DNA from: an uncultured Bdellovibrionales bacterium
GTDB taxonomy: Bacteria > Patescibacteriota > Minisyncoccia > Moranbacterales > UBA1568
Length of the DNA stretch: 64,000 nt
NCBI GenBank assembly: GCA_964543815.1
Contig: CAZIZG010000004.1
Location: 5,438-69,437, forward strand
Direction of reading: 5' to 3'
Shown: piece by piece, positions 8,873 to 19,490 of the stretch
Position numbering within the stretch: the first letter of the stretch is position 1
Layout: the number at the start of each line of letters is the position of its first letter
Position numbers and translations under genes: made by a program
Notes under the pieces: generated by a model
Told to the model about the DNA's origin: nothing
Seen by the model: the letters and a program-made list of their open reading frames with translations, nothing else
The model's database searches: none

Positions 8873-10642
8873 CTAATACGTTGAGCGAAGGGCATTGATA
8901 ATGACTACTGCATCGATAACCTCCTGCAAGATAGCACCATCAAGCACCGGTATAAAACCCAAAAAGGCAGCCACCATCCCAAGCGATGAAAGTCCAATAC
9001 CGAGACCGATACTCTGCAAGGCCACCCGATAGGAACGACGCCCAATATGAATAGCGTCACGGATACTGGAAGCATCTTTCCCAAGCAGGGCCACATCGGC
9101 CGCTTCAATCGAAGCACTGTTTTCATTCCCAGAAAAAACAATCCCCACATCAGCCAAAGCAAGCGCTGGTGCATCATTTACTCCATCACCAATCATCCCG
9201 ACTAATTGTCCTTTTTCCTGATATCTTTTGAGGAGCGCTACTTTCTTATCCGGTGTTGATTCGGCGTAAATAGGGAGATGGAAAGCCCCTAGAATTCGCT
9301 CGGCATTATGTTTCTTATCCCCCGTCAGAATTCCAAAAAAATACCCTCTCTCGCGTAAATAATCAAAAACAGGAGAGACATCCCCCTTCAGTTGATCATC
9401 GAAAAAGAACCGGGCAATAGGCGTGCCCTCATGAGTCAAATCAACTGCCAATCCTTCGGTCACACCAGCGGACTTCACTATCCCATAATGGCTATCGTGA
9501 AGTATCCCGAAAATCCCTTCACCTAGCCGTTCCTCAACCTGCTCGGCTCGTGGCACCTCCGTATGACAACGCTCTCCTTGTGCCTGAACCAACGAACGAG
9601 CCAACGGATGGAAAGAGTGTCGTTCCAAGGCTGCTGCCATATCAAGTGCTTGCTCCTCATCAAGTCCTCGGTCTAGTAAAACTATTTTTTCAAGTTTCGG
9701 TTCGCCGAGCGTCAAAGTACCTGTCTTATCAAAGAAAAATACTTTCGTTTTTGCCAGAAGCTCAAGAGCATAGGGACTTTTGACAATAATATTTTTCCGA
9801 GCTGCTTTGTTGAGACCACCAATAAAACTCATCGGGGCCGCGATAAGAAGCGGACAAGGTGTCGCGATAACGAGTACCGCTAAAAATCGACTCCAATCAC
9901 CAAACCAGGCGTAGGCCCCAAAAGAGAGAGCAACAGCAAAAAGAGAGAACCAAACGTTGTATTTTTCGGCAAGGCGCGTCAAGGGAGATGGGTGTTTTTT
10001 CCCTTCTTCCACCAATCGCAGAATCTTGCGATAGCTTGAATGTTCGAAGTCCCCCTGAACGGAAAGCAGGAGTGTATCACCAACATTAATACTACCGCTT
10101 TTAAGTAACTGGTGCTCCCGTGCCAGTACTGGCTCCATTTCGCCCGTAATATTGGCCTCATTTAACAGAGCACGCTGGGAAAGAAGGTGCCCATCAAATG
10201 CTAAGAGTTCATTTGGTCGAATCACCAAAACATCATGAGTTTGCACGCTTTGCAACGGCACTTCCGTTTCGTTGTCTCCGTGGCGTAACAACACTGTTTT
10301 TGGCAAGGCTTCAAAAAGACTCCGAATCGTCTTTTCCGCTTGTTTTGTACCATAGTTTTCAAGGGCCGCGCTCACCGTCACCATAAAAGCAATTACTGCT
10401 CCAGAAAGCCATTCCTGTAAAACTAAGGCGGATACCAGGGTAAGAAGAGCCAGGTAATCAAGACTCCACTTTCCCACAGCAATCCGCTCATAAGACTCAA
10501 CCACTAAGCGCCAGAGGCCAATGAACATAACCACGACCGAAAGTACCGGGAGTGACCACGTAAAAGCTCCGACTATCAAAAAAAGGAGAGCGAGTGGCAG
10601 ACGAAACTCCCGACTAATAATAATGTCTCTGATGCCTACCAT
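8873..10642 (-). CDS. P1B-type heavy-metal P-type ATPase (TPCP-motif subgroup), lacking an N-terminal metal-binding domain
   Basis: DKTGTLT phosphorylation motif, GDGVNDAPAL hinge, TPCP in the TM region. 589 aa. Confidence 0.8.
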   Translation of the reverse strand: MVGIRDIIISREFRLPLALLFLIVGAFTWSLPVLSVVVMFIGLWRLVVESYERIAVGKWSLDYLALLTLVSALVLQEWLSGAVIAFMVTVSAALENYGTKQAEKTIRSLFEALPKTVLLRHGDNETEVPLQSVQTHDVLVIRPNELLAFDGHLLSQRALLNEANITGEMEPVLAREHQLLKSGSINVGDTLLLSVQGDFEHSSYRKILRLVEEGKKHPSPLTRLAEKYNVWFSLFAVALSFGAYAWFGDWSRFLAVLVIATPCPLLIAAPMSFIGGLNKAARKNIIVKSPYALELLAKTKVFFFDKTGTLTLGEPKLEKIVLLDRGLDEEQALDMAAALERHSFHPLARSLVQAQGERCHTEVPRAEQVEERLGEGIFGILHDSHYGIVKSAGVTEGLAVDLTHEGTPIARFFFDDQLKGDVSPVFDYLRERGYFFGILTGDKKHNAERILGAFHLPIYAESTPDKKVALLKRYQEKGQLVGMIGDGVNDAPALALADVGIVFSGNENSASIEAADVALLGKDASSIRDAIHIGRRSYRVALQSIGLGIGLSSLGMVAAFLGFIPVLDGAILQEVIDAVVIINALRSTY

Positions 10643-10671
10643 ACTGTTTGTTTTTATCCTACTCTCCCGGT

Positions 10672-12111
10672 TTAAGAAGATTCCTTATCGGTCTCGATAT
10701 CGCGTGATAACACTCTCCTTTCATGCCGACGGAGTTCCTGTTCATCCGCTCGTAATCGACTCTCTAAAATTTCAATTTCTCGTTCCTCGCGACGCAGCTG
10801 ACGAAGCAGCCAATACATCATCATCCCTAGCACACCAAAGGAAAAGAGGCTCCCCCCAACAACATAGAGCAGTGGACTTTCTAGAGTACTCACGCCATCC
10901 CTGAATTCTTCCCAAAACGTATCTCGTGCCTCTCCCTGATTCTGCCAAGTGTGACATTTGAAAACATAGGGAGCAGTGATACCCTCTGTCAAAAAAGCCG
11001 AGTGGGTTATATTTGTCTTCATAAAATGTGTCAGTGCCGTATCGCAGTGACGTTCAGTAAAGGCCTGAAGACCGGCACGGAAGGCCTGGCCATAGACTCC
11101 CTCCTCCGGCAAAATTCGCCCCTCAAGAGCCTGCTCTTTGACAATCTCAATGGGAAGAGCAAAAGCAAAATTATCACCAGCAGAACGGGACAGCTCGTCA
11201 GTTTGAAAGGAAATCATACCAAGCACCTCCCCCTCTTCATTGAACAATGGACCGCCACTTGACCCCTGAGAAACCTTGGCATCAGTCTGAAATATTTTGA
11301 GTTGGCCGTCTTCAGTTTCACGTATGGCACTTACTACTCCTCGCGTAAAGGTGGCAACGGATGGATTATTCTGATTAATTTCCGCTGTCGCTGGAAAACC
11401 GAAAATAAAAACCTTTTTACCCAATGAAAGATCAGCCGAAGAGCCCAGAGAAAGAGCTGGCAGATTTCTCTCCTCGATTTTTAAGAGAGCGACATCCCGT
11501 TCATCCACAAAAAATTGCTCATGCGATGCCACAACCTGAGCTGGAAAACCGGATTGCATAAGGTCACGCATCGAAACATCTTTTGCTCCAGGTCGTAGTA
11601 CCGCAATATCGTGATTGAGATCAAAAACACTGTGATCAATGATAAACTGGATAATCTCTCGTGAGAATCTTTTACCGTCTTGATCATCCAAAAATTGCTG
11701 CATTTCTTCTTCACTGAGCGATAATGCATTTTCATATATGGCCGAAAGGGCGCTTTCAGAGGCTAAGGAATTTTTAATCGTCACGAGCGAGACTACATGG
11801 GCATTGGTTGCGATATACCCATCAGCATGGATGATAAAGCCACTCCCAGTAAGGTATTCATCCACCGCCACATCAGAGAAACGATCAGGTATCACTACTA
11901 CCGATTTCTGTCTCAAGTCCACTTTGACCAAAGGAACACGCGCCGTTCCAGTAACATGTTCGGCAATGCGCACCACTGAAGGTTTAATCAAATCGGCCAA
12001 GGCATCTTCAGAAAGGATAGTGGCGGCGCTGACGATGCCCACACTACAAAAAGAAAAAATGATAGAAAAGATACTGAGCCCAACAAGACGAAAAAGAATC
12101 GGGTATGCCAT
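10672..12111 (-). CDS. Trypsin-like serine protease (HtrA/DegP S1C family) with a C-terminal TM anchor and charged coiled-coil tail
   Basis: GSGFIIHADGYIATNAHVV (His region) and GSSGGPLF (Ser region). N-terminal signal/TM. No obvious PDZ domain. C-terminal TM plus RREEREIEILESRLRADEQELRRHERR tail. Confidence 0.75.
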   Translation of the reverse strand: MAYPILFRLVGLSIFSIIFSFCSVGIVSAATILSEDALADLIKPSVVRIAEHVTGTARVPLVKVDLRQKSVVVIPDRFSDVAVDEYLTGSGFIIHADGYIATNAHVVSLVTIKNSLASESALSAIYENALSLSEEEMQQFLDDQDGKRFSREIIQFIIDHSVFDLNHDIAVLRPGAKDVSMRDLMQSGFPAQVVASHEQFFVDERDVALLKIEERNLPALSLGSSADLSLGKKVFIFGFPATAEINQNNPSVATFTRGVVSAIRETEDGQLKIFQTDAKVSQGSSGGPLFNEEGEVLGMISFQTDELSRSAGDNFAFALPIEIVKEQALEGRILPEEGVYGQAFRAGLQAFTERHCDTALTHFMKTNITHSAFLTEGITAPYVFKCHTWQNQGEARDTFWEEFRDGVSTLESPLLYVVGGSLFSFGVLGMMMYWLLRQLRREEREIEILESRLRADEQELRRHERRVLSRDIETDKESS

Positions 12112-12155
12112 AGTGGTTTTTTCCTATTGTAACACGTTTTTATGAATAATTTTCA

Positions 12156-12184
12156 TTGACATCAGTCTCATTTTCTGCTACCAT
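12156..12184 (+). promoter_or_regulatory. Sigma70-like promoter for the HlyD/RND operon
   Basis: TTGACA, then a 17-nt spacer, then TACCAT, about 30 nt upstream of ATG 12214. Confidence 0.4.
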
Positions 12185-12213
12185 GAGCAGATTACTTCTA
12201 TTTAAAATGCCCT

Positions 12214-13368
12214 ATGTTTAAGCAATTTTCAGACATATTTCACCGAATTATAACTCAACTTGCCCAGTACCCAGGGTTAAGTTTTTTCATTCTACTTGTT
12301 CTGCTTTTTGGTACCATCGCACTCGGACACCTTTGGCGCACACCCCAATCATTAAGCGAGGATGCCAAGCGAGAACCAAAGCAAACCGCTCTTTTCGATC
12401 TCTCCCAAAATACAGCTTTTGTTACCGTACCAGCCAAAGTTAAAAAAGAAAGCATCGTCCATCTGACCGCGCTGGTACCCGGCATTGTTTCCGGGATACT
12501 CACAAGCCCCGGCCGATCAGTCGTCTCCGGTCAAACCATCCTTACACTTACCAATGACTACCAAAGTGGGGGTGCCGAACTCAAAAAACAACTGGCTGCA
12601 CAAAGTGACGCCCTGACTCAGGAAATCGCAAGTATCGACAAACGAATTACCGCCCTTAAGGAGAAACAAACGAAGCATGATGATTCTCTTGATGATACCG
12701 ATGAGGCACTGGCCCTTGATCAACTCAAAAAAGAACGGGCCCTTCGAAAAAGCACCCTAGAGCAGAGTCAAACTTCACTTCAAATAAGCCAAACGAATGA
12801 TGCCGCCTACAAACCAAAGGTGTTCGTTAATGGCACCGTCGAAAGTATTCGTGTCAAACGTGGTGACTGGGTGATAGCCGGGCAAGTCCTCGCTACGATT
12901 ACCACTCCCAAAGGGGCCACTACTCTCGAGGCGCTCCTTGATAAAAATTCTGCCGAGCTCTTTGATCCGAGTGCTGAGACATCTGTCCAAATTGGCACAG
13001 AGAAATTCACACTTCGCCCAACATATTTTTCCCGAAGCGAGAACGAAAACGGGTTATTTTCAGTCCTCTTTACTCTCTCTGAAACCATGAGGACTAAACT
13101 CATTAATGGAGAATTTGTGACCATGGACCTGCCATTAAGAAAAAGCACCGAGAGTCTCGCTCTTGTGCCCATCGATGCTATTTTCCAGGATGACAGCCAT
13201 GCTTGGATACTGGTAGAGCATGATGGTGTAGCTGAAGCCAGGAATGTTTCCCTTGGAAATCTCCACGGCAGCTTCGCTGAAATCCTCGACGGAGTAGAAC
13301 GAAATAGCCGCATTATTCTCAATCGTTCTGTGCTAGCTGGAGATACTATTGTTCCAACAGCACTGTAA
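12214..13368 (+). CDS. Efflux periplasmic adaptor (HlyD/membrane fusion protein family)
   Basis: N-terminal TM, lipoyl-like segment, long coiled coil, C-terminal beta domain. Overlaps the RND gene start by 20 bp. Confidence 0.6.
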   Translation: MFKQFSDIFHRIITQLAQYPGLSFFILLVLLFGTIALGHLWRTPQSLSEDAKREPKQTALFDLSQNTAFVTVPAKVKKESIVHLTALVPGIVSGILTSPGRSVVSGQTILTLTNDYQSGGAELKKQLAAQSDALTQEIASIDKRITALKEKQTKHDDSLDDTDEALALDQLKKERALRKSTLEQSQTSLQISQTNDAAYKPKVFVNGTVESIRVKRGDWVIAGQVLATITTPKGATTLEALLDKNSAELFDPSAETSVQIGTEKFTLRPTYFSRSENENGLFSVLFTLSETMRTKLINGEFVTMDLPLRKSTESLALVPIDAIFQDDSHAWILVEHDGVAEARNVSLGNLHGSFAEILDGVERNSRIILNRSVLAGDTIVPTAL

Positions 13369-16300
13369 CCACAAAAACCCTCGTATGGAGAAAGAATCTT
13401 CCTTCCTCGATCGTCTTACCTTCGATCCAGCCCAGACCAGAACACTTATTGCTGCCTACTTTAGGAATGTTCGCACTATCATCCTGATTGTTCTTACGCT
13501 CACTCTGGCAGGCGGAGCTACTTTCTTCACTCTTCCCAGAGAGCTCAACCCCAATATTCAAATACCGATTGTTTTTGTCTCAATTCCTTTCCCTGGGGCT
13601 GGTCCAGAAGACGTCGAGCAGCTCGTTACTGTGCCAATCGAAGATGCTATAAACGGCCTTTCTGGCGTCAAAAAAGTCTCTTCTGTTTCACAGGAGAATA
13701 TTGCCACTCTGAACATTGAATTTGAATCTGGTGTCGACCCAGAAAAAGCCAAACGAGATGTTCAAGGTGCCCTTGACGGTGTTAATGATCTCCCAACTGA
13801 TACTCAAACACCAAAAGTACAAGTACTTGATTTTCAAAATCAACCAGTCATGAATTTTATTCTTACTGGCGATACTGATAGCGCCACCCTGACGCGCTTG
13901 GCCGATATCCTCGAAGACAGGTTGGAGGACCTTTCAGGAATTGAAAAAGTTACCGTATCATACCGTCAGCCCGAAGAAATTACCATTAGCCTTTCTCCTC
14001 AGGTACTCGCCGAACGCAACCTGAAACCCCTGGCAATAGGAAACAGCATCAATCAGGCAATCGCCAATCATCCCGCCGGAACAGTGAGTACGAGCGGTAC
14101 CTCCTATGCGCTCACCCAATCCACCACCGCCCAAAGCGTAGAGAATTTACGTCTGCTTCCCCTCATGCTTGGAAAGGATGTTGTCCCCCTCGGCAACATC
14201 GCTCACATCACCACAACGCCAGCCCATAATGCCCCCGAAGGCCTGTATGCAGACGCTACCACGCCTCCGATACGCGGCATTATGTTCTCTGTCTGGAAAA
14301 CTGATAACGCTGATACTGCTGATGCTGTCACAAGCATCAACCAAACCATAGAGAAACTTAAGAAAGAAATAGGTGTTTCGTTCATCTTTGAGCCTATTTT
14401 TGATGGCGCCAAAGAAATCAAGAAAAGCTTCGATCAGCTTTTTCATGATTTTGCCCTCACGCTCCTCCTGGTCTTTTCAGTGCTCTACACCTTCTTTGGT
14501 TTGCGCCAATCCATCATCGCTGCCCTTGCTATCCCTCTTACCTTCCTTGGTACGTTTCTTGTGATGAATGCTTCTGGTATTTCTATCAACTTCATCGCTC
14601 TCTTCTCGCTCCTCCTCGCCCTCGGTATACTTGTTGACAACGCCATCGTCATTATTTCAGCCATGGCAAGTTACGAGCGGACCAAAAAATTTACTCCCGA
14701 TCAAGTAGCTCTCCTCGTTTGGCGCGATTTTCGAGCGGTTATCTTCACGACTACCATTACCACCGTTTGGGCCTTTCTCCCCCTCCTCCTGGCAAGCGGC
14801 GTCATAGGCGAATTCATCAAGCCTATTCCTATCGTTGTATCATCTTCCTTGGCAATTTCTGCGGTCATTGCCCTGCTCATCGTTATCCCCCTCATGGCTA
14901 TGCTGCTCAAGGGAGCTTTCCCTCGTCGTGTCGTCCTTCTCGTTTATGCCCTCCTCTTTCTCGGTGGAGCTACCCTTCTCTTCGTACTTATACCGGTTGG
15001 ACCCCAAAAAACATTGCTCTTTCTCATCGCTCTGTTTATCCTTTTTCTCGTTGGTAAACTTTCCCGCTCTGTCCGCCAAAGATGGCACCAGTATGAAGCC
15101 TCGCACTTCGCTACTTTTTTCCGCTCCTTCCATAGACTGTCTGACAATGGCCTCTTTAATTTTGACCCTCTCGCCCATCGATACGAGCGATTCATTGCCG
15201 GAGTGCTTGGTTCCAGAAAAGCCCGTCGTAAAACCATTGCCCTCCTCATCGTGTTTTCCATCTTTTCTTATGCTCTAGTTCCATTGGGATATGTCGTAAA
15301 TGAATTTTTTCCCAAGGATAATAAAGACACGATTTTTATCAGCGTCGAGCTCCCTAAAAACACCTCCTTAAAACAGAGTACCGATGAAGCAAGAACGTTG
15401 CTTGATCAGTTGCGCTCATACAAAGAAGCCCGATTTGTCGTCGCGGAAATTGGAGCCGCCCCACCAACAAATAATTTTGTTACTGGTAAAGACTGGAACA
15501 ATCTCCTCTTTACGATGATGGTAAATGGAGCCAAAGAACGTTCGATGACCTCAAGCGAGATTGTCTCAGATCTCAATCATCTCTATGCTAATTATAATCG
15601 TGGTAAACTCGTAGCCAGTCAGCTCTCCGGTGGTCCACCAGCCGGTAGCGATATTGAGCTCAAGCTCCTTGGAAATGACTTACCTGCATTGCAGGCCTAT
15701 GGCAAACATATAAGTGCCTTCCTGGAAGAGCAGCCTGGTATTACCAATGTCTCGACTTCGATTACCTCTGGATCAAGTAAAATAACCTTTGAACCAAATC
15801 AAGAACTCTTGGCTCAAAATGGCGTAAGCGAGAACGATACTTCTTTTCTGCTACGGACATTAGGAAGCGGCTACACCATTAAAAATGATGCTCGATTGAA
15901 AGATGAAAAGTTTGATATTGTCCTTCGCTTCGGCGGTACTACTCATCTCGAACACCCTGAAAGCATCAGCGCAGTGACTATTCTCGGTACGCACGGCCTT
16001 ATGCCACTCTCTGCTCTCGGTACCTTCTCACTTGAGTCTAATCCTACCCTCATCACTCGAGAAGACGGTAAGCGAACCCTTTCCGTCTCCGCAGGAGTAG
16101 CCGATGGCTACTCCGTGAGCACCCTCAACGCGTCTTTGGAAAAATTTGCTGACACTCTGAATCTTCCCGATGGCTATCGGTGGAAAACTGGCGGCGTCAA
16201 CGACGAAAATAACAAATCCGTTCAGTCCATTCTCGAGGCTATGCTTCTCTCAGCTATTCTCATTTTTGGCACAATGGCCATTCAGTTCAATTCCTTTCGA

Positions 16301-16723
16301 AAGGCTCTCATTGTACTTCTGGTGGTACCCCTTGCTGTTTCTGGTGTCTTCATCATGTTCTCGCTCTTTGGCATCCCACTCTCATTCCCAGCTCTCATTG
16401 GTATCCTAGCTCTCTTCGGTATTGTCGTTAATAATTCCATCATTATGGTTGATAAGATTAACCGCAATATGGAAAGTGGTCTTCCTCTTACCCAGGCCAT
16501 CAGTGAAGGCGCAGCCAGCCGACTAGAACCAATCCTCCTCACCGCTATCACCACCATCGTTGGACTCATCCCGATTACTCTCTCCGATCCTATCTGGCAG
16601 GGTCTCGGCGGCGCGATTATTGCTGGCCTGACCTTTTCTGGTGTAGCTAAACTTTTCTTTATTCCAGTCATCTATCAAATCTGGTTTCAAGAAAATGAGC
16701 GGTCAGTAATTCCAAAAGCATAA
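13349..16723 (+). CDS. RND-family efflux permease (AcrB/HAE1-like)
   Basis: 1124 aa with 12 TMs and two large periplasmic loops, showing typical RND sequence patterns throughout. Confidence 0.85.
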   Translation: MFQQHCNHKNPRMEKESSFLDRLTFDPAQTRTLIAAYFRNVRTIILIVLTLTLAGGATFFTLPRELNPNIQIPIVFVSIPFPGAGPEDVEQLVTVPIEDAINGLSGVKKVSSVSQENIATLNIEFESGVDPEKAKRDVQGALDGVNDLPTDTQTPKVQVLDFQNQPVMNFILTGDTDSATLTRLADILEDRLEDLSGIEKVTVSYRQPEEITISLSPQVLAERNLKPLAIGNSINQAIANHPAGTVSTSGTSYALTQSTTAQSVENLRLLPLMLGKDVVPLGNIAHITTTPAHNAPEGLYADATTPPIRGIMFSVWKTDNADTADAVTSINQTIEKLKKEIGVSFIFEPIFDGAKEIKKSFDQLFHDFALTLLLVFSVLYTFFGLRQSIIAALAIPLTFLGTFLVMNASGISINFIALFSLLLALGILVDNAIVIISAMASYERTKKFTPDQVALLVWRDFRAVIFTTTITTVWAFLPLLLASGVIGEFIKPIPIVVSSSLAISAVIALLIVIPLMAMLLKGAFPRRVVLLVYALLFLGGATLLFVLIPVGPQKTLLFLIALFILFLVGKLSRSVRQRWHQYEASHFATFFRSFHRLSDNGLFNFDPLAHRYERFIAGVLGSRKARRKTIALLIVFSIFSYALVPLGYVVNEFFPKDNKDTIFISVELPKNTSLKQSTDEARTLLDQLRSYKEARFVVAEIGAAPPTNNFVTGKDWNNLLFTMMVNGAKERSMTSSEIVSDLNHLYANYNRGKLVASQLSGGPPAGSDIELKLLGNDLPALQAYGKHISAFLEEQPGITNVSTSITSGSSKITFEPNQELLAQNGVSENDTSFLLRTLGSGYTIKNDARLKDEKFDIVLRFGGTTHLEHPESISAVTILGTHGLMPLSALGTFSLESNPTLITREDGKRTLSVSAGVADGYSVSTLNASLEKFADTLNLPDGYRWKTGGVNDENNKSVQSILEAMLLSAILIFGTMAIQFNSFRKALIVLLVVPLAVSGVFIMFSLFGIPLSFPALIGILALFGIVVNNSIIMVDKINRNMESGLPLTQAISEGAASRLEPILLTAITTIVGLIPITLSDPIWQGLGGAIIAGLTFSGVAKLFFIPVIYQIWFQENERSVIPKA

Positions 16724-16751
16724 AAAATTCCCTCCTTCCGGAGGGTATTTT

Positions 16752-17471
16752 TTATTGCTCTTCTATTGTAACGCTCGTAACCGTTACCGGATTTACTGGA
16801 CTCGAATTTTCACCGCCCGGCTTCGTTGGCGCCGTAGCAATTTTGTCCACGGTATCGAGTCCCTCTATAACTTTACCAAAAATCACATAGTTTGGTGGCA
16901 ATGGATTATCTTTATGCATAATGAAAAACTGACTACCATTAGTATCAGGACCGGCATTGGCCATAGCAAGCGTACCGCGTTCATATTTCCCAGAAAATTT
17001 TTCGTCCTCAAATTTATAACCTGGACCACCCATCCCCGTCCCCTCTGGATCACCACCCTGAATCATAAAACCAGGAATCGTACGGTGGAATACGGTATTA
17101 TCGTAAAACTTTTCCTTGGCCAAAAAAACGAAATTATTAACCGTAATAGGTGTCTCTTTGGCATACAGCGACACTACTATAGTACCAAGTGAGGTCGTAA
17201 GAGTAGCTCGATACTCCTTACTTGGATTAATTGACATGACCGGTGGATACGTATACATTTTCTTGTTGGTTACAGGCTGATTAACTGACTTATTCTCATT
17301 CGCGGACGGTGGAGTTTTGGCTGCCAATTGACTTTCAGTAGCGGCCTTTTTCATTTCCGTAAAATCCAGACCATCCTCAACTGGCTTATCTTGACGTACC
17401 TCTGGAGTAGTGCAACCAGCCAAGAGCAAAGCCGCTGTCCCGAGCGCAAAAATTGAAATCTCTCTCTTCAT
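16752..17471 (-). CDS. Cyclophilin-type peptidyl-prolyl cis-trans isomerase, lipoprotein
   Basis: FHRTIPGFMIQGGDP...GTGMGGPGYKFEDE. N-terminal LLLAGCTTP lipobox. Confidence 0.9.
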   Translation of the reverse strand: MKREISIFALGTAALLLAGCTTPEVRQDKPVEDGLDFTEMKKAATESQLAAKTPPSANENKSVNQPVTNKKMYTYPPVMSINPSKEYRATLTTSLGTIVVSLYAKETPITVNNFVFLAKEKFYDNTVFHRTIPGFMIQGGDPEGTGMGGPGYKFEDEKFSGKYERGTLAMANAGPDTNGSQFFIMHKDNPLPPNYVIFGKVIEGLDTVDKIATAPTKPGGENSSPVNPVTVTSVTIEEQ

Positions 17472-17529
17472 AAAAAAATGATATGACTCTTCCTAGTATA
17501 CCCTAAAGATTATGTTTTTTCGAGAGAAA

Positions 17530-19278
17530 TCAGGAAAAGGTGAAGGCATACACCGCTACTCCAGGCGATACCAGGAGTTCAAGTGTATGTTCCCCAGAAG
17601 TTCCCTGTATCAATTCATAGAGGCGATCTTCATGAACCGTGACAACTCCCTCTCGCACATCAATACCAGAAATAGCTTTCTCAAGCGGTTTTCCATCCAT
17701 AACTATCTGAACCGTTCCAAGTCCAGTTGCTGGTGGTGCCATCACGAGAAAAACTTTTTTTCCCTGAAATCGAAGTTGTAATCGTGCCTTCTCTCCGGCG
17801 ATGGCTCGTTCTTGCTCCACTAACCACTCACCTCCAAAACCAAAAGTGTCGGACAGAAGCGCCTTTGGTAAGGTAAAGTGCTGTTTGGTACCTATCACCT
17901 GTTCGGATGAAGAAAAACGCTCCATACGTTTTGATCCGAGATATGTTTCCGGTGTTTGTGGTTCAGGGACCAGTCTATCCCCTGAGTGATTATCCGTCAC
18001 ATCCCCCTCTATTTCCTGCCCCGCCTCACCCAGGAGAAGTTGAATTGCTCGCTCCGTTTCCTCATACCCTCCTTCGCCAAAGTGATACTGCCGAACGTTC
18101 CCTGAAGCATCAATCAGATAGTGGGCTGGCCAGTATCGATTATGATAGGCCTGCCATGTTCCGTAGGAATTATCCTGAGCTACCGGATACGTAATCCCGT
18201 ATCGCACGAGGGCATCCGCCACATTGGCTGTTTTCTTCTCAAACTCAAACTCTGGAGTATGGACACCAATAATAACGAGTCCTTTGTCTTGATAGCGCTC
18301 ATACCATTGCGTAAGGTACGGCAGTGTCCGTACGCAATTGATACAGCTGTATGTCCAAAAATCAATGAGGACAACCTTGCCACGAAGTTCCCCAAGTGTG
18401 AGAGGTCGATCGATATTGAGCCAATTCATAATACCCGTAAACTCCGGGGCCATTCCATAGTTCTCTAGTACCGGCATTTGTTTTGATGGCACATCCGGCA
18501 CCTTAAACGGTGACTCTTGTGTCTCTTTCCGAAGGCTATCCAAGGCTTGAGTCACAATGCCATTTGTTTGAAAACGATCTAAAAACGTAATGCCATTTGC
18601 AGAACAAAACTCAGCAAAACGTACCTGAAGTTTCTGATCATAACCCGTATAAATAGCTAGAGCAGAAAATATCGTGAGAACCCCGAAAGCCTGTTGGATT
18701 CTTGTTGTATAGGGAGCAAAAATTCGTGTGCGTCGAAGCACCTGCTGACCAAGCACGGTCAAAATAAAGAGAGGTACCCCCACTCCCGAAACAAAAGCGA
18801 CCGTAACAAGAACCGTTGAGATACTCAGTGCTTGAGTCGCGGCCAACGTGGCTACTGTGGCCAGAATAGGTCCAGCACATGGCGACCAAATGATACCTAG
18901 AGCGAAGCCTGTTATTAACCCTCCCTTAAAGCCCGACTGCTTTCCTAGTATCTCGCCACCGAGATAAGAAAAGCGACTCACGAACGCCTCCAACATGATT
19001 CCTATCCCCGGTACTACCATGGTAACACCGAGTAAGCTTATGACAATAACCGCAAAGAGACGAAGCGTGTCTGGATCGATCGGGACAACACGAAGCAACG
19101 AAGAAAGCGCCAAGGTAAAAAAAGTAAAACTAGTAACAAGGCCCGCGACAATACCAATAGGCCGCCGCTCACCACCAGAAACCCCAACTGAAAGGATAAT
19201 AGGAAGAAGCGGCCAAATACAAGGAGCAAATATAGTTACGACACCAGATAAGAAAGCGAAGAGGATAAGTAGAATCAT
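17530..19278 (-). CDS. DipZ-like fusion: CcdA/DsbD-type transmembrane domain, plus a thioredoxin-like (redoxin) domain, plus a C-terminal beta domain
   Basis: N-terminal 240 aa is multi-TM with paired Cys (FAPCIWP, SPCAGP). Central FWTYSCINCVRTLPYL is a thioredoxin CxxC. Confidence 0.75.
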   Translation of the reverse strand: MILLILFAFLSGVVTIFAPCIWPLLPIILSVGVSGGERRPIGIVAGLVTSFTFFTLALSSLLRVVPIDPDTLRLFAVIVISLLGVTMVVPGIGIMLEAFVSRFSYLGGEILGKQSGFKGGLITGFALGIIWSPCAGPILATVATLAATQALSISTVLVTVAFVSGVGVPLFILTVLGQQVLRRTRIFAPYTTRIQQAFGVLTIFSALAIYTGYDQKLQVRFAEFCSANGITFLDRFQTNGIVTQALDSLRKETQESPFKVPDVPSKQMPVLENYGMAPEFTGIMNWLNIDRPLTLGELRGKVVLIDFWTYSCINCVRTLPYLTQWYERYQDKGLVIIGVHTPEFEFEKKTANVADALVRYGITYPVAQDNSYGTWQAYHNRYWPAHYLIDASGNVRQYHFGEGGYEETERAIQLLLGEAGQEIEGDVTDNHSGDRLVPEPQTPETYLGSKRMERFSSSEQVIGTKQHFTLPKALLSDTFGFGGEWLVEQERAIAGEKARLQLRFQGKKVFLVMAPPATGLGTVQIVMDGKPLEKAISGIDVREGVVTVHEDRLYELIQGTSGEHTLELLVSPGVAVYAFTFS

Positions 19279-19324
19279 AAAATGACGCTAAGGTTGTTAT
19301 CCTATTGTAACACGCCACATACCC

Positions 19325-19353
19325 TTGACTTTTCTCTTTTTTTGCGCTATAAT
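19325..19353 (+). promoter_or_regulatory. Near-perfect consensus sigma70 promoter (TTGACT-17-TATAAT)
   Basis: TTGACT at 19325-19330, a 17-nt spacer, TATAAT at 19348-19353. Confidence 0.5.
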
Positions 19354-19373
19354 GAATGTGTTGAGAAGTGAAA

Positions 19374-19410
19374 AACGGGTGAGGACGTCCACGTCTACAG
19401 CCCGTTTTTT
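19374..19410 (+). terminator. Attenuator-like hairpin plus T-run about 20 nt downstream of the consensus promoter
   Basis: acgggtgaggacgtccacgtctacagcccgt followed by TTTTTT. A second hairpin, gcccgccggagggacgggc, follows. Confidence 0.4.
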
Positions 19411-19490
19411 CTTTCTCAACCCCTCTTTTAACAAAGCCCGCCGGAGGGACGGGCAACATAAATACATACAGACGTATGGAGGAAGTAAAA

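Noticed and set aside
14147-15278. Cluster of 60-147-aa ORFs on both strands inside the RND permease gene
   Set aside because: The RND reading frame is continuous with canonical TM and periplasmic-loop architecture. The others are shadow ORFs.
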